Shown here: positions 7,880-10,306 of the stretch, piece by piece | How positions within the stretch are numbered: the stretch's first letter is position 1 | How the letters are laid out: the number at the start of each line of letters is the position of its first letter | From: a virus | Lineage: Monodnaviria; Loebvirae; Hofneiviricota; Faserviricetes; Tubulavirales; Inoviridae | Virus record (IMG/VR): IMGVR_UViG_2541047900_000001 | Direction: 5' to 3' (one strand) | Length of the DNA: 10,306 nt | Translations under genes and position numbers: made by a program | Notes under the pieces: generated by a model | Databases searched by the model: none | Seen by the model: only the letters and a program-made list of their open reading frames with translations | Told to the model about the DNA's origin: nothing

Positions 7880-8050
7880 AAGTAGTCACACCCATCAAAA
7901 TATGTGTCAATAGTCATTTGTGAGCAGATTGAATGGTCACAATGTAATATGCTCAGATCTGACAGTCAATACATTTGCAATGTTTAAATTGTCAAAAATG
8001 AGCATCAAATCTAACTATTGAAAAACCACTGTTAAGATGGAGCCAAGTAG
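7880..8050. promoter_or_regulatory. Divergent control region, copy 2, with extra 46-bp segment providing the repressor ribosome-binding site and start
   Basis: Same motifs as copy 1 (palindrome TCAGATCTGA at 7953..7962), plus 8021..8066 containing GGAG about 9 nt upstream of the ATG at 8051. Confidence 0.55.
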
Positions 8051-8497
8051 ATGGGCAACAATGAGCATGAAGTTATGGCGGACAAACAGAGAGCAGAACG
8101 TATCAAAAAGGTAATTCTGGAACACTCGACTTATGAAGAACTGGCCGAGAAGACTGGCATTAGCGTGAGTACGCTGGTCAGGATAGCGTCCGGCAAAACT
8201 GAACCTAAATTCAGTGACATCATTCAGATAGCTAAAATTACGGGTGCAGACTTAAACACCTTAGCTTATGGCTATGCTCTTGATGTTAAAGAAGAAGCTA
8301 CCGAGCGGAAGCTAATCACTTCTGCGGATGGATATACTGATGAAGAAACCACTAACGCACATAATTTCATCGTGTGGAACATCAGGACACTGGAAAAACA
8401 AGATATTCTGGCACTCGCAAGGCAGGTTTCTGCCTTAAGTTCATACACTTACAGTACTAAAATGTTTATGAAAAAAGCGGTGTCTGGAGAAGAGTAA
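8051..8497 (+). CDS. HTH (XRE/Cro-C1-type) transcriptional repressor, intact copy
   Basis: 148 aa; helix-turn-helix segment STYEELAEKTGISVSTLVRIASGKTEPKFSDIIQIAKITGADL matches the XRE pattern; GGAG Shine-Dalgarno; divergent from the replication gene as rstR is in CTX-phi. Confidence 0.85.
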   Translation: MGNNEHEVMADKQRAERIKKVILEHSTYEELAEKTGISVSTLVRIASGKTEPKFSDIIQIAKITGADLNTLAYGYALDVKEEATERKLITSADGYTDEETTNAHNFIVWNIRTLEKQDILALARQVSALSSYTYSTKMFMKKAVSGEE

Positions 8498-8525
8498 AAG
8501 GATTAACAGTCTCAGGAATGAGACA

Positions 8526-8554
8526 AACGTGCAGTATTACCAACACTGCACGTT
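8526..8554 (+). terminator. Putative rho-independent terminator of the repressor gene
   Basis: Perfect 10-bp inverted repeat AACGTGCAGT (8526-8535) / ACTGCACGTT (8545-8554), 9-nt loop, then CTTTATTGTG. Only the left half is present after copy 1 (7741-7750). Confidence 0.6.
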
Positions 8555-8593
8555 CTTTATTGTGCGAATTTTGAACAATGAAAAAGGATCAAA

Positions 8594-9016
8594 ATGATGA
8601 GTAGAAATAACGAAACAAGCGGCGTTGAATTGGTTGTCGTGGGCGTATTTGCTTTCTGTCTGGCAGTTGTTGCCTGGTTAATGAAAACTTTCGATGTTGA
8701 ATGGCAAACAGCACTGGAAACTGCGCCTGGCCTGATAGTCTGGTTGCTTGTTGTCGGTGCGGGGATCTTTTTCGGGATCAAAATGGAAACAGGTCTTGTT
8801 CGCTGGGGTGCCCCACTGGCGATCGCCCTTCTGATTCCGGTATTCAAACCAATTCTTAAGGAAGCTGCCGGAGTACGTGAAATGGGTGGGTTGGTTTTCG
8901 ATGATATGGTTTCGTGGTACGGAACTGGCTGGGGAATGTCTCTGATGTTTTTTGGAATTCTTATCGTCGGATACGGTCTGCTTTATTGGTGGCACCGAAG
9001 AAATTCATATTATTGA
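8594..9016 (+). CDS. Small integral membrane protein (about 4 predicted transmembrane helices), function unknown
   Basis: 140 aa; AGGA Shine-Dalgarno 5 nt upstream of the ATG; four hydrophobic segments (VVVGVFAFCLAVVAWLM, LIVWLLVVGAGIFFGI, APLAIALLIPVF, MSLMFFGILIVGYGLLYWW). Antisense ORFs 8557..8847 and 8678..8995 judged to be shadows. Confidence 0.7.
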   Translation: MMSRNNETSGVELVVVGVFAFCLAVVAWLMKTFDVEWQTALETAPGLIVWLLVVGAGIFFGIKMETGLVRWGAPLAIALLIPVFKPILKEAAGVREMGGLVFDDMVSWYGTGWGMSLMFFGILIVGYGLLYWWHRRNSYY

Positions 9017-9018
9017 TA

Positions 9019-9049
9019 TAATATTACCCTAGGTTAACTAGGGTAATAT
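9019..9049. promoter_or_regulatory. Near-perfect 31-bp palindrome (13-bp arms, 5-nt spacer): terminator or protein-binding site
   Basis: AATATTACCCTAG (9019-9031), GTTAA, CTAGGGTAATATT (9037-9049); lies 3 nt after the stop of the membrane-protein gene, at the transition into AT-rich DNA. Confidence 0.55.
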
Positions 9050-9117
9050 TCAAATACTAAATTTTTACATTTTATCTGACCATCTTTGATCAGTTAAAAC
9101 ACTGGATTTTAAGTAAA

Positions 9118-10221
9118 ATGAGAAAAAAGATGCCGGACTTGATTACTGATACATTGAAAGTAGTTACTTCTTTTTTTGTGGCATTAGTCCTCAATAAGTT
9201 TTTATCTATATTTAGGAAAAGACAACTTTACTTATCCTGTTGGAACTCCTTGAGTAAAACCTCAATATCTGACAATGCAATAGTAATAAATGCATCAGTA
9301 TTTAATAAAGGTAAGGATAAAGAAAAAAATGTAGAAATAAAAGTCCCAAACGGTATGTCTTGTACTGTAATTGCAAGTGATCATGATGCAACTACCGAAG
9401 GTTCTTTTGTGAAGATAGATAGAATATTAGCAAATAAAAAAATATCCATGGTGCTCTTGATTGAAGGAACAAGAGTTCTTGATAAAAGTACCATGCCTTC
9501 CATAAGATCAGAAGATACTGACGGGAAAACATACCTTTCAAAAGACTCAGTGCCACCGAGTGCAGGTTCTTTTATTTTAGGCGGTGCTATTTTTGCTGCA
9601 TTTTTCAGTTATATGGTCATCAGTATCCAAACAGAAGACAACCCTCTCGCGGGCCCATTGAAAGCATATAACTACATGATTTATAACAATATGTACAATT
9701 CTGGACTTTCGATTAATCCTATAGGTAATGGACTGATAACTGAAAATTACAATCTAAGAGCGAATGAATACCCTATTGAAATAATAGATGCCAAGATAGA
9801 AAAAAATCAAATAATGTTCAAATTTAGAATAATTAATAAAACATCAGAAGCACTGAAAGTTTCAGGCGGATGGAGAATATATAAAAACTTTCAATATATT
9901 TCCGAACATGTTGATACATTTGATTATAAAGATGAAAAGAAAAGAGAAGAAGAAGAAATAAGGGTGTATAAGAAATACAATGTGGAATTTGTTAATGATA
10001 ATGGATATCTTATGGAAAAACCGAAAGAAAGGGTTGAAGTTCCTGCAAATTCAGTTGGCTATATTATAATAAACAGAAAATACTCTCCAAGCATTACTTA
10101 TAATGACCTAAACATCGAGTTTAACTTTAGTGGTGGTTCAGGTGAAATATACCAAGAAGCAGATATGCTTTTTACAGCTAAGAATTCTAATATAAGCAGT
10201 ACTATATTAGACAAGAAATAA
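9118..10221 (+). CDS. AT-rich hypothetical membrane protein with two predicted transmembrane helices and large Lys/Asn/Ile/Tyr-rich domains; function unknown
   Basis: 367 aa uninterrupted ORF in visibly AT-rich DNA, unlike the rest of the window. Hydrophobic helices near the N-terminus (VVTSFFVALVLNKFLSIF) and mid-protein (FILGGAIFAAFFSYMVISI). Weak Shine-Dalgarno; a second in-frame ATG 4 codons downstream is an alternative start. Confidence 0.7.
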   Translation: MRKKMPDLITDTLKVVTSFFVALVLNKFLSIFRKRQLYLSCWNSLSKTSISDNAIVINASVFNKGKDKEKNVEIKVPNGMSCTVIASDHDATTEGSFVKIDRILANKKISMVLLIEGTRVLDKSTMPSIRSEDTDGKTYLSKDSVPPSAGSFILGGAIFAAFFSYMVISIQTEDNPLAGPLKAYNYMIYNNMYNSGLSINPIGNGLITENYNLRANEYPIEIIDAKIEKNQIMFKFRIINKTSEALKVSGGWRIYKNFQYISEHVDTFDYKDEKKREEEEIRVYKKYNVEFVNDNGYLMEKPKERVEVPANSVGYIIINRKYSPSITYNDLNIEFNFSGGSGEIYQEADMLFTAKNSNISSTILDKK

Positions 10222-10227
10222 TTAATT

Positions 10228-10254
10228 GGTTCGCACAATGACGTTATGCTAAAG
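10228..10254 (+). other. Degenerate dif-like sequence (candidate Xer recombination site) with a 5-bp central region
   Basis: GGTTCGCACAA TGACG TTATGCTAAAG versus dif GGTGCGCATAA TGTATA TTATGTTAAAT: 9/11 matches in each arm, central region one base short. Orientation is inverted relative to the dif fragment at 1-14. Confidence 0.4.
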
Positions 10255-10290
10255 AGGCCGCTGCGGAGGCCATTTTCGCAGCGGCCTTTT
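10255..10290 (+). terminator. Putative rho-independent terminator downstream of the AT-rich gene
   Basis: GC-rich inverted repeat AGGCCGCTGCG (10255-10265) / CGCAGCGGCCT (10277-10287) followed by TTT; flanked by a further inverted pair CGTTATG / CATAACG. Confidence 0.55.
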
Positions 10291-10306
10291 CAACATAACG
10301 AGTCGC

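Larger units (their letters stand above)
7754..8538. repeat. Tandem direct repeat, unit 2 (785 bp), carrying the intact repressor gene
   Basis: Read by eye as identical to unit 1 except for the two indels noted; ends where the unique downstream sequence (complete terminator hairpin) begins. Confidence 0.9.
15..8554 (-). mobile_element. Filamentous (Inoviridae) prophage with cargo genes and duplicated repressor module; likely Xer-dependent, outer boundaries uncertain
   Basis: Contiguous minus-strand module rep, ssDNA-binding protein, pVIII, pIII, pVI, pI, pIV with tightly packed or overlapping genes; divergent HTH repressor; no integrase; dif sequence at the left edge. Confidence 0.7.

Noticed and set aside
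8557-8995. Minus-strand ORFs 8557..8847 and 8678..8995
   Set aside because: Both are antisense to the plus-strand membrane-protein ORF, which has a good ribosome-binding site and clear transmembrane periodicity.
10288-10306. Possible second XerD-arm-like sequence on the minus strand (TTATGTTGAAA) at the window end
   Set aside because: Only a 7-9 nt resemblance, with no matching XerC arm or central region in the bases available. More simply explained as the right flank of the terminator hairpin's outer inverted repeat.
1-10306. CRISPR arrays, tRNA/rRNA genes, integrase or transposase genes
   Set aside because: No short regularly spaced direct repeats, no tRNA-like or rRNA sequence, and no ORF with recombinase or transposase features was seen. 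The only large repeat is the 740-bp tandem duplication.

Overview
The window is dominated by a complete filamentous-phage (Inoviridae) prophage core on the minus strand (886..7139), in the canonical order replication initiator, ssDNA-binding protein, small membrane protein, major coat pVIII, adsorption protein pIII, pVI, pI/Zot-like ATPase, pIV secretin. No integrase is present, and the first 14 bases are a perfect match to the XerC arm plus start of the central region of the enterobacterial dif site, so this looks like a XerCD-dependent (IMEX-type) prophage of the CUS-1/Ypf-phi kind; that family assignment is from memory, not a search. The most unusual structure is a 740-bp tandem direct repeat (7014..7753 and 7754..8538) that duplicates the first 42 codons of the replication gene, the divergent control region and an XRE-type HTH repressor gene; the two repressor copies differ by a 46-bp indel and a 1-bp indel. 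Two small genes sit downstream of the secretin in the cargo position, and to the right of the repressor are a small four-helix membrane protein and a strikingly AT-rich 367-aa two-helix membrane protein, followed by a degenerate dif-like sequence and a hairpin. These accessory genes have no function I can assign and are the best candidates for something undescribed. All calls are from reading the sequence and ORF track; no homology search was run.
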